The notes: generated from the sequence alone by a model not told the origin. DNA of 64,000 nt from an uncultured Planctomycetaceae bacterium (GCA_963833985.1 CAWIAD010000001.1:288001-352000), one strand, 5' to 3'; counted from the stretch's first letter, positions 40,186-50,274 are shown. Translations and numbers: made by a program.

Positions 40186-41687
40186 CTCGCCTTGGGCCGT
40201 TTGGAGCCCGGTGAGGACTTCTTCGGTTTGGCCGGCGAGGACGACTTCTCTGGCTTGCCCGGGGACGACTGCTTCGGTTTGGCCGGCGAGGACGACTTCT
40301 CTGGCCTGGCCGGTGACGACTTCTTCGGTTTGGCCGGCGAGGACGACTTCTTCGGTTTGGCCGGGGAGGACTTCTTCGGTTTAGCCGGCGAGGACGACTT
40401 CTCTGGCTTGCCCGGGGAGGACTTCTTCGGTTTGGCCGGGGAGGACTTCTTCGGCATCGTCGGCGTCGTCTTGGTGGGTCGGGGCGGAAGCTTGCGCGTC
40501 GGCTCTGGAGGCGGAGTCTTGGTTGGCCCCGGCGGCGGGGTCCTGGTTGGATCCGGAGGCGGAGCCTTGGTTGGCTCGATCGCCGGCGGAGTCTCGGTCT
40601 CCTGGCGCCGAGGTCGGCGCCGATGTCTGGGGGGTGGAACCTTGGTGTGGGGGTTGCCCCCACCAGGACTCTGGATCGGTCTTTCCGGACCTTTCTCGGC
40701 AAGCGATAAACCGTCCGGGAAAGCGCTTGTGAAGCTCGGGGGCGTCAGCGGCCAGCCCAGGCCGAACCGCCGCGCGTAGGCGAATTCGTCGCGGACCCGG
40801 TTGGCCAGCAGGAAGTCTCGCTCCAGCTCCACGCTGCGCAGATCGCGCTCGAAGAGCTTCCAGGCGGCCGACCAGAGTGGCTGGCCGGCCCGGTCCTGGT
40901 GTTGCTTGACCCAGTCGGTCCACGCCGGATCGCCCAGGTTCTTGCGGGCCATTCGCAGCTCGTTGTAAAGGTAGTGCTCGCGGGGAACGGCGTAGCCGGA
41001 CTGACCGGGGCTGAACCGGTGGCCGATGAGGGCCCGCGGGTCGCACAGGAGCGAGTACCCCATCTGCCAGGCGCGGAGGCCGAAGTCGATGTCTTCCGAG
41101 CCATAGGAAAGCATGCCGACGTCGAACCCGCGGAGCCGCTCATAAACTCCGCGGGCCATCGCCACACAGCAGCCCACGACACATGCTTGTTCGTAGAAGG
41201 AACGGCCTCCGGGCCCGCGCACGCGTCTCAGCGCGCCGCGGTCCTGCCAGCGGTTGTCGAACGACTTCAGATCAATCCAGTAACTGTAGCCGGCGTGCCG
41301 GAAATCGCATTGCCAGTTCACCGGATCAAGCTGGAGCACCACGGGAGAGACGATGGATTGCCGGCCGCAGTTCACCACGTCCTCGACCAGCCGGCGAATG
41401 GCGCCCGGCTCTGGCTTGCAGTGGGCATCAAGGAACAGGAACGTCTCGCCGCTGGAGGAGCGAGCGGCCAGGTCCTTGGTGGCCGCCACGCCCCTGCGCT
41501 GGGGGAACGTCACCACGCGAACGTCGGGAAACCGCTCCTGCATGCGCGCGACGCAGCCATCGGCCGACGCGTCGTCGGCCACGACGATCTCGCAATCGAG
41601 GTCAGCGGTCGTTTCCCTGCACGAACCGACGGTTCGCCAGAGCAGATCTCCCTCGTTGTGCGAGGCGATCAGGATGCTCGTTCGCAT
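40182..41687 (-). CDS. GT-A fold (GT2/GT27-like) glycosyltransferase with a Pro/Thr/Ser/Lys repeat tail
   Basis: SILIASHNE, VADDAS, FLFLDAHC, GFDVGMLSYGSEDID, IGHRF; C-terminal repeats. Confidence 0.85.
   Translation of the reverse strand: MRTSILIASHNEGDLLWRTVGSCRETTADLDCEIVVADDASADGCVARMQERFPDVRVVTFPQRRGVAATKDLAARSSSGETFLFLDAHCKPEPGAIRRLVEDVVNCGRQSIVSPVVLQLDPVNWQCDFRHAGYSYWIDLKSFDNRWQDRGALRRVRGPGGRSFYEQACVVGCCVAMARGVYERLRGFDVGMLSYGSEDIDFGLRAWQMGYSLLCDPRALIGHRFSPGQSGYAVPREHYLYNELRMARKNLGDPAWTDWVKQHQDRAGQPLWSAAWKLFERDLRSVELERDFLLANRVRDEFAYARRFGLGWPLTPPSFTSAFPDGLSLAEKGPERPIQSPGGGNPHTKVPPPRHRRRPRRQETETPPAIEPTKAPPPDPTRTPPPGPTKTPPPEPTRKLPPRPTKTTPTMPKKSSPAKPKKSSPGKPEKSSSPAKPKKSSPAKPKKSSSPAKPKKSSPARPEKSSSPAKPKQSSPGKPEKSSSPAKPKKSSPGSKRPKAR
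40209..40460 (-). repeat. Coding tandem repeat: alternating 24/27-nt units (AKPKKSSP / GKPEKSSSP), 51-nt higher-order period
   Basis: 10 units read directly from the sequence; preceded by about 5 degenerate 8-aa PT[KR]xPPP units. Confidence 0.92.
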
Positions 41688-41762
41688 TTCGTCACCCGTA
41701 ACATCTGAGTTGTGGGTCGCTCGAAGTGGTGTCAAACCGCTTGAAACCGACGTGATCCGGGG

Positions 41763-44700
41763 TCATCGGTCGGGCAAAGCAAGGCCCTGCTGGGCGGCCT
41801 CGCGCTGGAGCACTTCCGTGAGCAGCCGGTCCCGCCACGCCAGGTCGGTGTAGGGCTTCGACTGCGTCGCGGCGCGACGGCGTTCCTGATCCACCAGTGT
41901 CATCCAGACGGCGGCTTCCTTGCTCTGGCCGAGCTTGCCATGGGCCATGGCCAGGAGCAGCCAGTGCCATGGCTTGCCGCGATCTCCGTCGTGACGTATG
42001 GCCTCTCGCAGTTGCTTCACCGCTTCTGCCTGGTGACCCGTGCGGTACAGTGCCGCCCCGAAAGTGACGTACGGATCATAGTCCTCACGCTGGCTCTCGG
42101 CAAGCTGTCGCGCCCGGGCCAGCACGTTTTCCATAAGTCCCGTCGAGCCGGGAGCCAGGGTGCAGAGGAATGCCAGCTCGTCGGCACGCCACGGGTCCTG
42201 AATTTGACCATAGTGCGCCAGCAGGGTTGATCTGAGTGCCTCGTATTCCTTGATCTCCTGCAAGTGCAGGCAGAGCAGGGCGGCGCCATACCAGACCAGC
42301 CGGTCATCCGAGCCGGCGGCGATTGCCGCCAGCATGTCGGCCTTGGCGGCTTGCCAGCGGCCAAGCCAGGCCCGCAGCTCGCCGCGCCGGGCCAGGTATG
42401 CGGGGTTGCCGGGATCGTCGGCCAGGAGGCGGTCGAAGCATTTGATTCCCGCGTCCAGGAGGCCGGCGCGTTCCATGGCGAGGGCCTCGGCCTCCAGCCA
42501 GGCATGAACCTCGCTCTCGGACGCGACGAACGACTGCGGAGTTGCTCCGATCAGCGCGTCGTGGTCCCGGCAGATCTCCGCGGGCGTGCGAGGCATCCGT
42601 CCTCCACGGCGGTCGATCGTGAAGCCGGAGATCACGCCGGCGAGCCGCTCGAGCTGTGGGATCGACGCCGAGGTTCCCGAGATTTCCCAGACGCGGGCTG
42701 CGCGGTCGCGAAACGACACCGTCAGCAAGGACCGGCCGTCAGGGGCGAACTCGAGGGTGCGCACTCCGGTGCCGTGTTTCAGCGGCAACGTCGTGGCCTC
42801 TCCGGTGGCGGCGTCCCACACCTGGGCCAGCCCGGTGTTGCCCGGCGGCTCGCCTCCGCAGCCCGTCGCGATCAGGCCGCCGTCGGCACTGAACACCGCG
42901 GTCAACACCGGCTCCTGATGATCCAGAAGCGGCAGCATGAGCTGGCCGCTCGCGGAGCTCCAGACGGCCGCGGTGTGGTCGGAACTACAGGAGACCACGC
43001 GTGCGCCGTCCCGGCTGAAGTGCGACTGGTTCACCTGGTCGGCATGGCGATAGATGGCCACCGGCTGGCCAGTCCATGACTGCCAGACCCGCGCGGTTCG
43101 GTCCTTGCTGGAAGTCGCCACTTGCTGGCCGTCCGGGCTGAACTCGGCATGCAGCACCTCACCGTCGTGGGGCAGTATCAGCGGCGCCAGGGCCGTACCC
43201 TCGACGGTCCAGATGCGTGCGGTGCCGTCCTCACCCGCCGTGGCGAGCAGGCTGCCGGAGCTGTCCATCGCCGCGTGGCGCAGGCGTGAGCCTCCCGGCC
43301 GGGCCGGGTGCCGGGCCTCGCACAATACCGTGCCACCACGCCAGTCCCAGACCCGAGCCGCGTACGCCCCGGCCACCAGCAGCCTGCGGCCGTCGCGGCT
43401 GAAGCGAACAATGTGGGCCTTGTAGTCTCCGTCCGGGTCCAGCGGGTCGGTCCGGTCGCTGTGCACGAGCGGTCCGGCGAGCTGCCGGCCGGTTTCGACC
43501 TCCCAGATCCGCGTGCTCCGATCCTGGCCGGTGGTTGCCAGGAACTTGCCGTCGCTGCTGAGACATGCATCGTCGCCCATCCCTGGGTGCTCGAACAGCG
43601 CAGGATGGAGGGCAGGGGCAGGGGCAGGCGGCTGGATGCCCCAGTACTTGCAGACCCCGTCGCGGCTCATGGTCATGATCTTGCGACCGTCCGGACTGAA
43701 GCCCGCAGCCTCGACGATCTCGCCATGGCGGAGAGTGAGTTCCGGCCAGAGTCCGCCGGCCAGGTCCCAGAGGCGGGCGGTGCCGTCCGTGCTGGCCGTG
43801 AGCAGAGAGCGGCCATCGGGGCTGAACTGGGCCTGGTTGACGGTTCCACGGTGCCGAAGCGGGGGCAGGACCAGCTCGCCGGTCGCCGGGTCCCAGACCC
43901 GCGCCGCATCGTCCTGGCCCCAGGTGACAATCCGGCCAAGGTGGCGGTTCCCCGCCGCGCGAATCCGGTCGCCCCGCGACCGCAAGGGGACGCCCACGCG
44001 CTCGAGCGACTCGGTTTTCCAGACCAGGGCCTCCGGACCGCTGACGGTCATGAGCCGGCTGCCGTCAGCCGAGAATGCAAGCTGCGTCACCGGCCGATCC
44101 AGTCTGCGGATCGCCTTCAGCTCGCCGGTGACGGCGTTCCACAGCTTGACCGAACGATCATAGCTCACCGTGGCGATCCAGCGCCCGTCCGGACTGAAGC
44201 CGGACTCGAAGACGTCATCATCGTGTTCCATCAGGAACCTGGGTTTCGCCCCCGGCACCGGCAGGCCCCAGAGCCAGGCTCCGCCGATGCCCAGGTCGGG
44301 CCCGCCGTAGGAGACGACCAGGCCGGGGTCCGCGGGCGCGAACGCCACGTGGTTCACCACGTCGCGGTGCTCCATGGGGCCGGGCAGCCTGCGCCCGGAG
44401 GCCGTCTCCCAGAGGAACACACGGCGTCCGGCCGCGGTGACGATGAGCCGGCAGTCGGGGCTGAAGTCCGCCCATGCCACGGGTGCCTCGTGGACCAGAC
44501 GCACCGCACTCGGCTCGCCGGTTGCGGTGCTCCAGAGCCGCACCAGCGTGCCCCGTGCCGTGAGCACACTCTGGCCATCAGGGCTGAAGCGTGCCAGCCG
44601 GCAGCTCCCCGACGTGCCGCCGGTAACTCCGGGGAGGGCCAGGTTCAGCTTCATCACCCTTCCGCTCGCGCGCTCGATCACCTCCGCCACGGCTCCGCCG

Positions 44701-46472
44701 GCGATCACCAGTCGAGAGCCGTCGGGGCTGAACGAGGCGGCGTTCACGGATTCGGGAAGCGACCAGGTGCGCACGGCTCGGGGAGCGCCGCGGAGCAGCG
44801 AGCCGATTCGCTGCCGCAAGCTGGCTTGCCGCCCCGCGTCGCCAAGCTCCTGCTCCTGCCTCAACGCCTCGACGAACCAGGGAATCGCCGCGGCGACATC
44901 ACCGCTGCGGAGGCGGTCGTCGCCGCCGAGCTGGTTCTGCCGGATGACTCCCAGCCGCGCGGTGCGTCGCGCCGCCGCGACCGACTGGACCGTCAGTCCC
45001 GCGCCGGCCGCCAGCAGCAAGAGCAGCGCGGAGACCGCGGCCGACAGGCTGGCCACCCGCGGGTTGCGGCGAGCCCAGAGCATCAGCCGGCCGATCGCTC
45101 CGACGGGCCTTGCCAGGATGGGCTCGCCCCGCAGGAACCTCTCGAGATCTCCCGCCAGCTCGCCGGCGGTCGCGTACCGCCGCGCCGGCTCCTTGGCCAT
45201 TGCCTTCAGGCAGATGGTTTCGAGGTCCCGCGGGATCGTGTCCACCAGGCTGCGGGGCGCCCGCGGCTCGTCGTTGAGCACCTGGTGAATCAACATTCTC
45301 TGGTTGCCCCGGAACGGCAGCTCGCCGCTGATGAGCACGTACAGCACCACGCCCAGGCTGTACACGTCGCTGCGGCCGTCCACCTTGTGAGCATCGCCAC
45401 GCGCCTGTTCCGGGCTCATGTAAGCGGGAGTGCCAAGGATCTCGCCCTGGACCGTGACGGTGACATCGCCCGCGTCACGCTTGGCCAGCCCAAAGTCCAT
45501 GATGTGCGGCCGGCCGGCGGCGTCGAGCATGATGTTCGACGGCTTGACGTCCCGGTGGATCACACCCTTCTGGTGCGCGTGTTGCAGAGCGCCTGCCAGC
45601 TCCAGCACCAAGCGGGCCGATTCGCCGTACGGCTGCCTCTTGCCGCTCAGCCAGTCCGAGAGCGTCACACCCTCGATGAACTCGCTGACGATGAACGGGA
45701 CGCCGTCATGGTCGCCAATCTCATGGACCGGCACGATCGCCGGGTGACGCAACTGCGCGGCGTTGCGCGCCTCGCGCAGGAATCGGTCCTTCTGATCGTC
45801 GCTCGCCAGCTCGCCGAGCTTCAGCACCTTGAGCGCCACGATACGGTCGAGCTGGGGATCGCGCGCCTTGTACACGGTGCCGAAACCGCCGGATCCCACC
45901 TTGGCGAGCAGCTCGAACCGGCCCAGGCAGCGTCCACCGCGCCAGTGGAGCACAGGCGCCGTGGAGCCGGCATCGATCACGATCGTGGAACCGCACGTGG
46001 GACAGACCGGGTCCTCGTCCGCGGCTCCGTCCTGCGACCTCGCCAGCTCGATCGTGTTGTCGCACCGCGGACAGAAGACGAGCCGGACCGACTGTTGCTG
46101 TGCCGGATCCATCAACCGCTGCAAGCCGCGGGAAGAAAAGGGGGCGGAGTCAGGCGGGCGATCAGGGTGAGGAGCGTCTCCGACGACGCCGGCGACGGTC
46201 AGCCCGTCCAGGCCCGCCGCCTGACCGGCAACCGCGTCCTGCGCCGGCGTGCCGCGGATTGTGGGCTCGGCCGGGTCGGCGACCGTCGAGCCTTCAACGA
46301 CAGCAACGTCATCCCCGCAAGGCGCGTAGGCGGCAAGCAGCCGCTCGACCTCGAGGCGAAGGCTGGTGTCGCCGGCACAGGACTGGTCCAGGAATCTCGT
46401 CCGGTCCTCAGCGTCGCGGCGGACCGCCGCGGCGAAGAGTTCGCAGACCTGGTGCCAGAAGTGCGCGTTCAT
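41763..46472 (-). CDS. Ser/Thr kinase with Zn ribbon, WD40 repeats and TPRs
   Basis: CPRC/CPTC, GSGGFG, HRDVKPSN, DFG, YMSPE; many FSPDG...ARLWD repeats; alternative start GTG 46559. Confidence 0.92.
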   Translation of the reverse strand: MNAHFWHQVCELFAAAVRRDAEDRTRFLDQSCAGDTSLRLEVERLLAAYAPCGDDVAVVEGSTVADPAEPTIRGTPAQDAVAGQAAGLDGLTVAGVVGDAPHPDRPPDSAPFSSRGLQRLMDPAQQQSVRLVFCPRCDNTIELARSQDGAADEDPVCPTCGSTIVIDAGSTAPVLHWRGGRCLGRFELLAKVGSGGFGTVYKARDPQLDRIVALKVLKLGELASDDQKDRFLREARNAAQLRHPAIVPVHEIGDHDGVPFIVSEFIEGVTLSDWLSGKRQPYGESARLVLELAGALQHAHQKGVIHRDVKPSNIMLDAAGRPHIMDFGLAKRDAGDVTVTVQGEILGTPAYMSPEQARGDAHKVDGRSDVYSLGVVLYVLISGELPFRGNQRMLIHQVLNDEPRAPRSLVDTIPRDLETICLKAMAKEPARRYATAGELAGDLERFLRGEPILARPVGAIGRLMLWARRNPRVASLSAAVSALLLLLAAGAGLTVQSVAAARRTARLGVIRQNQLGGDDRLRSGDVAAAIPWFVEALRQEQELGDAGRQASLRQRIGSLLRGAPRAVRTWSLPESVNAASFSPDGSRLVIAGGAVAEVIERASGRVMKLNLALPGVTGGTSGSCRLARFSPDGQSVLTARGTLVRLWSTATGEPSAVRLVHEAPVAWADFSPDCRLIVTAAGRRVFLWETASGRRLPGPMEHRDVVNHVAFAPADPGLVVSYGGPDLGIGGAWLWGLPVPGAKPRFLMEHDDDVFESGFSPDGRWIATVSYDRSVKLWNAVTGELKAIRRLDRPVTQLAFSADGSRLMTVSGPEALVWKTESLERVGVPLRSRGDRIRAAGNRHLGRIVTWGQDDAARVWDPATGELVLPPLRHRGTVNQAQFSPDGRSLLTASTDGTARLWDLAGGLWPELTLRHGEIVEAAGFSPDGRKIMTMSRDGVCKYWGIQPPAPAPALHPALFEHPGMGDDACLSSDGKFLATTGQDRSTRIWEVETGRQLAGPLVHSDRTDPLDPDGDYKAHIVRFSRDGRRLLVAGAYAARVWDWRGGTVLCEARHPARPGGSRLRHAAMDSSGSLLATAGEDGTARIWTVEGTALAPLILPHDGEVLHAEFSPDGQQVATSSKDRTARVWQSWTGQPVAIYRHADQVNQSHFSRDGARVVSCSSDHTAAVWSSASGQLMLPLLDHQEPVLTAVFSADGGLIATGCGGEPPGNTGLAQVWDAATGEATTLPLKHGTGVRTLEFAPDGRSLLTVSFRDRAARVWEISGTSASIPQLERLAGVISGFTIDRRGGRMPRTPAEICRDHDALIGATPQSFVASESEVHAWLEAEALAMERAGLLDAGIKCFDRLLADDPGNPAYLARRGELRAWLGRWQAAKADMLAAIAAGSDDRLVWYGAALLCLHLQEIKEYEALRSTLLAHYGQIQDPWRADELAFLCTLAPGSTGLMENVLARARQLAESQREDYDPYVTFGAALYRTGHQAEAVKQLREAIRHDGDRGKPWHWLLLAMAHGKLGQSKEAAVWMTLVDQERRRAATQSKPYTDLAWRDRLLTEVLQREAAQQGLALPDR

Positions 46473-46774
46473 GTGCCTGCTGCCGCGGAACAGGAACTCG
46501 GGCGAACGACCGGCATGAACGGGCCTCCAGGCGACCGCGACTTCTCGGTCTCCTGTCACGTGAGACTGGACCGGGTGGAGACTCGCTTGAGTGTGACATG
46601 GTATGCATCAAGATGGAAGACCCAGTTCCGTGCCGGCGCACCGCAACCGGTGCGCTGCGTCGCCGGTTGCGTCGGTTGAATCTGTAGCTCGGTACCGGCC
46701 AGGTATCACGACCCTGAGGAAGTCTCGGGACGCGGCGACTGCCGAGTGCCTCCGGCCTCAGCCGCGGACTGGCT

Positions 46775-47068
46775 TCATACCTCGACGAGCCGTTCCCGGG
46801 ACTCTGCGTTTTCCGTCGTGTCAGCACCCGACGGAGACTCCAGCCCCTGGACCAGGGCGCCGAGCTGAAGCGCCAGCAGCCGGTCTTCCGGGCTGGGTCC
46901 GCGGAGTATCGACAGGAACGCCTCGGCGCCAATCAGTACGGCCTTGGGTTTGCTGTGAATCGTCAAGACACAACGTGCATTCGGGTTTTCCAGGTTCTCA
47001 AGCACTTTTGGCAGATCGCGATGAAGTTCACGGCTTCCAATATAACGGACACGAGACTGAGGCATCAT
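46775..47068 (-). CDS. Phd/YefM-like protein with no adjacent toxin
   Basis: YIGSRELHRDLPKVLENL...VLTIHSKPKAVLIGAEAF matches the Phd fold pattern. Confidence 0.6.
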   Translation of the reverse strand: MMPQSRVRYIGSRELHRDLPKVLENLENPNARCVLTIHSKPKAVLIGAEAFLSILRGPSPEDRLLALQLGALVQGLESPSGADTTENAESRERLVEV

Positions 47069-47330
47069 TGACCTCGCGGCCGGAACCGGCCTGGACAAGA
47101 AGATGGAGGCGATCAGACGGGATCAACCTCTCAAACGATGGGTGATCGAAAGAATATCCAATCAATCGTCACTCCGTCAACCAGCAAACATTCCTAATCT
47201 ACGGAATTCGGGGTCAGAATGTTGGACATTCTTTGAACGCCCCAAACCCTTCCGGTCAGTCTTGCGGACCTGGCATCGCTGCCTACAATTTCAGTATGGT
47301 CTGAACTTCAGTAGGAACTGAACGGCAGGC

Positions 47331-48236
47331 ATGTCGTATCTCCAAGAAAAGGATCAGCGGCCTGTCACTCTGGTCACCCGCCCGGAGGATTGCATGGATG
47401 AGAACAGCCCGATACCCGCAGCGATCCGCGTGGGAGCTGTCAGCTATCTCAATGCGAAGCCGCTTTACTATCGCCTCGACGACTTCACGACGGCCAAGCT
47501 GATCATGGACGTGCCCAGCCGGCTCGCTCAGAAGCTCCACGCCGGCGCGCTCGACGTCGCCCTGATCCCGTCGATTGAATACCTCCGTGGCGCGTCGGCT
47601 GGCTACGAAATTCTGGAAGGCTTCGCGATCGCGGCGAAGGGCCCCGTTCATAGCGTGAAGCTCTTCAGCAGGGTGCCTTTTCAGGCGATCCAGCGGCTGG
47701 CGCTCGACGAGGGCTCGCGCACCAGCCAGGCGCTCTCGCTGGTCTGGCTAGACGCCCGCCACGACGTCCGGCCAGCGCGCATCGAGCCTCTTCCTCTGGG
47801 CGTCCCGGTGCTCGAAAGCACGGCCGACGCGGTTCTGGTGATCGGCGACCGGGCGATGAAGGTTCCCCATGAGCCCTTCTGCCAGGTGGTCGACCTGGGC
47901 GAGGCCTGGCACGCCATGACCGGGCTTCCGTTTGTTTTTGCCCTCTGGGTCACACGCCGAGGCGTCGACCTGGGCGATCTGCCGCGCGCCCTGGCACAGA
48001 GCCGGAGCCTGGGCCTGGCCCACGCCGATGAGCTGGCACGCATTCACGGCCCGCGGCTGGGACTCGACTTCATCACCTGCTACGATTACCTGACCAGGGT
48101 CCTGTCGTACGAGCTCGGGGAGCCGGAGCTTGCCGGGCTCCGGCAATTCGCCCGGATGGCGGCGCGACTGGGCCTTGTCCCGGAAGGAGTGAATCTTGTC
48201 TTCCACCGTCCCCGCGATCTTGCAGCGCACCGTTAG
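47331..48236 (+). CDS. mqnA: Chorismate dehydratase (futalosine pathway)
   Basis: VGAVSYLNAKPL, SVKLFS, SRTS, VIGDRA, DLGEAW, GLPFVFALW; start may be 47394. Confidence 0.9.
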   Translation: MSYLQEKDQRPVTLVTRPEDCMDENSPIPAAIRVGAVSYLNAKPLYYRLDDFTTAKLIMDVPSRLAQKLHAGALDVALIPSIEYLRGASAGYEILEGFAIAAKGPVHSVKLFSRVPFQAIQRLALDEGSRTSQALSLVWLDARHDVRPARIEPLPLGVPVLESTADAVLVIGDRAMKVPHEPFCQVVDLGEAWHAMTGLPFVFALWVTRRGVDLGDLPRALAQSRSLGLAHADELARIHGPRLGLDFITCYDYLTRVLSYELGEPELAGLRQFARMAARLGLVPEGVNLVFHRPRDLAAHR

Positions 48237-49302
48237 CGGCCAGCGTCTCAGCGTTCAGGAAGGCGTCACGCTCTTCGAGGAGGCCGGCCTGCTCGAGCTT
48301 GGCAGCGCGGCGCAGGCCGTGTGTCAGCGGCTCCATCCCGAGCCCTACCGGACCTACAACATCGACCGCAACATCAATTACACCAACGTCTGCACGGCGG
48401 TCTGCGACTTCTGCGCGTTTTACCGCAAGGTTGATGACTCCGAGGCCTACGTGCTGGACCGGGACGTCCTGCTCGAGAAGATCCGCGAGACCGTGGCGCT
48501 GGGCGGCGACCAGATCCTCATGCAGGGCGGCCTGCACCCCCACCTGGCGCTGGAGTGGTACGAGGAGCTGCTGCGGGACATCAAGTCCCATTTTCCCCGG
48601 GTCAACGTGCACGGCTTCAGCGCCCCGGAGATCTACCATTTCACGAAGGTGGCGAAGCTGCCACTGCGTACCGTGCTCCAGCGCCTCAAGGAAGCCGGCC
48701 TGGGGAGCCTCCCTGGCGGTGGCGCCGAGATCCTGGTTGACCGCGTGCGCAAGGACATCACGCGCGGGAAGGTCCTCACCGAGAACTGGCTCGAGGTACA
48801 CCGGGTCTGGCACCAACTCGGCGGCCGATCCACCGCCACCATGATGTTCGGCCACGTGGAGACCCTGGCCGAGCGCGTCGCGCATCTTGAGTGTGTCCGC
48901 CACCTCCAGGACGAGACCGGCGGATTCACCGCCTTCATCGCCTGGACCTTCCAGCCCGAGCACACGGACATGGCCGACGTCCCCCCCGCGGGCGCGTTCG
49001 AATACCTCAAGACCCAGGCGATCAGCCGGCTTTATCTGGACAACGTGCCGAACATCCAGTCCTCATGGGTGACCCAGGGAGCCAAGATTGGCCAGATTGG
49101 CCTGTACTTCGGGGCCAACGACATGGGAAGCTTGATGATCGAGGAGAACGTGGTGTCATCCGCCGGCACGGTGCACCACCTGACGCTCGAGCAGATCCGG
49201 CGTGCGATCAGCGAGGCTGGTTTCATTCCGCGGCAGCGGAACGTGTTCTACGAATATATTGACACGATAGCCGAACCGGAGCACCAGCGGGTCGCTGGCT
49301 GA
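48196..49302 (+). CDS. mqnC: Cyclic dehypoxanthinyl futalosine synthase (radical SAM)
   Basis: DRNINYTNVCTAVCDFCAF, LMQGG, SLPGGGAEIL, NIQSSWVTQG, GANDMGSLMIEENV. Confidence 0.92.
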   Translation: MSSTVPAILQRTVSGQRLSVQEGVTLFEEAGLLELGSAAQAVCQRLHPEPYRTYNIDRNINYTNVCTAVCDFCAFYRKVDDSEAYVLDRDVLLEKIRETVALGGDQILMQGGLHPHLALEWYEELLRDIKSHFPRVNVHGFSAPEIYHFTKVAKLPLRTVLQRLKEAGLGSLPGGGAEILVDRVRKDITRGKVLTENWLEVHRVWHQLGGRSTATMMFGHVETLAERVAHLECVRHLQDETGGFTAFIAWTFQPEHTDMADVPPAGAFEYLKTQAISRLYLDNVPNIQSSWVTQGAKIGQIGLYFGANDMGSLMIEENVVSSAGTVHHLTLEQIRRAISEAGFIPRQRNVFYEYIDTIAEPEHQRVAG

Positions 49303-49431
49303 GCGGCGGGTCGACCTCCGGCGAGGTCTGTCGCGGCGTTCCTGGTGCGCTCCTCGCCGCTGCCCGACGAGCGGCCGCAGCCTCGCGGGCTTGCCGGAAA
49401 TCATTACATAATTGACCTTTCGAGCATCCGC

Positions 49432-50274
49432 GTGATCCACGTTGAACGGCTCTGCAAGTCTTTTCTGGATTACCAGCGCGGCTGGGTCTACGCTGTGCGC
49501 GACCTTTCGTTCGACTGCCACCCGGGGGAGATCTTCGGGCTGCTGGGACCCAACGGAGCCGGCAAGACCACCACGCTCCGGGTGCTGAGCACCGTGCTCA
49601 AGCCCTCCAGCGGCCGGGCGGTGGTGGCTGGCCATGACGTGGTGGCCGAGCCGCAGGCGGTGCGGAGCAGCATCGGCTACATGTCGGCCAGCACCGGAAT
49701 CTACGACCGGATGTCGGCCTGGGAGCTGGTCGAATACTTCGGCCGACTCTACGGTATGGCCGCCGAGCCGCTTCGCCAGCGCATGGAGACCATCTTCGGC
49801 TGGCTCAAGATGAACGACTTCCGCGACACCCTCGGCTCCAAGATGTCCACGGGCATGAAGCAGAAGGTTTCCATCGCCCGGACCATCGTGCACGATCCCC
49901 CGGTGCTGATCTTTGACGAGCCGACCTCGGGACTGGATGTCCTGGTTCAGCGCGTGGTGCTGGAGCGGATCCTCGACCTCCGCGACATGGGCAAGACGAT
50001 CCTCTTCTCAACGCATTCCATGCACGAGGTCGCGAAGCTCTGCCAGCGCATGGCAATCATTCACAAGGGACGCCTCCAGGTCGCCGGCAAGCCAGGCGAG
50101 CTGCTGGAGCAGTTCGGCCAGACCGACATCGAGGAGCTCTTCTTCCACCTGGTCGATCGAGCCGATCACCAGGTGGACGGGGACGAGCTCGACCCCGCGG
50201 CCGCGACTCTGGCCGATCCCGGCGACCCTGCGGGGAACTCCCGGTTCGTGCACCGAAACGAGATGGATCCATGA
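49432..50274 (+). CDS. ABC transporter ATPase (NatA-like)
   Basis: [31 protein letters not shown]. Confidence 0.9.
   Translation: MIHVERLCKSFLDYQRGWVYAVRDLSFDCHPGEIFGLLGPNGAGKTTTLRVLSTVLKPSSGRAVVAGHDVVAEPQAVRSSIGYMSASTGIYDRMSAWELVEYFGRLYGMAAEPLRQRMETIFGWLKMNDFRDTLGSKMSTGMKQKVSIARTIVHDPPVLIFDEPTSGLDVLVQRVVLERILDLRDMGKTILFSTHSMHEVAKLCQRMAIIHKGRLQVAGKPGELLEQFGQTDIEELFFHLVDRADHQVDGDELDPAAATLADPGDPAGNSRFVHRNEMDP

Noticed and set aside
40209..40460. Possible CRISPR array
   Set aside because: Units are contiguous with no unique spacers, lengths are multiples of three, they lie inside a CDS, and no cas genes are present
39634..40779. Plus-strand ORF with acidic GEDDFFGLA repeats (RiPP-precursor-like)
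   Set aside because: It is the antisense shadow of the GT tail and the Asp-box gene; codon pattern and gene context favour the minus strand
46552..46567. CCTGTCACGTGAGACT as a seventh parS site
   Set aside because: About five mismatches to the consensus, and far from the cluster
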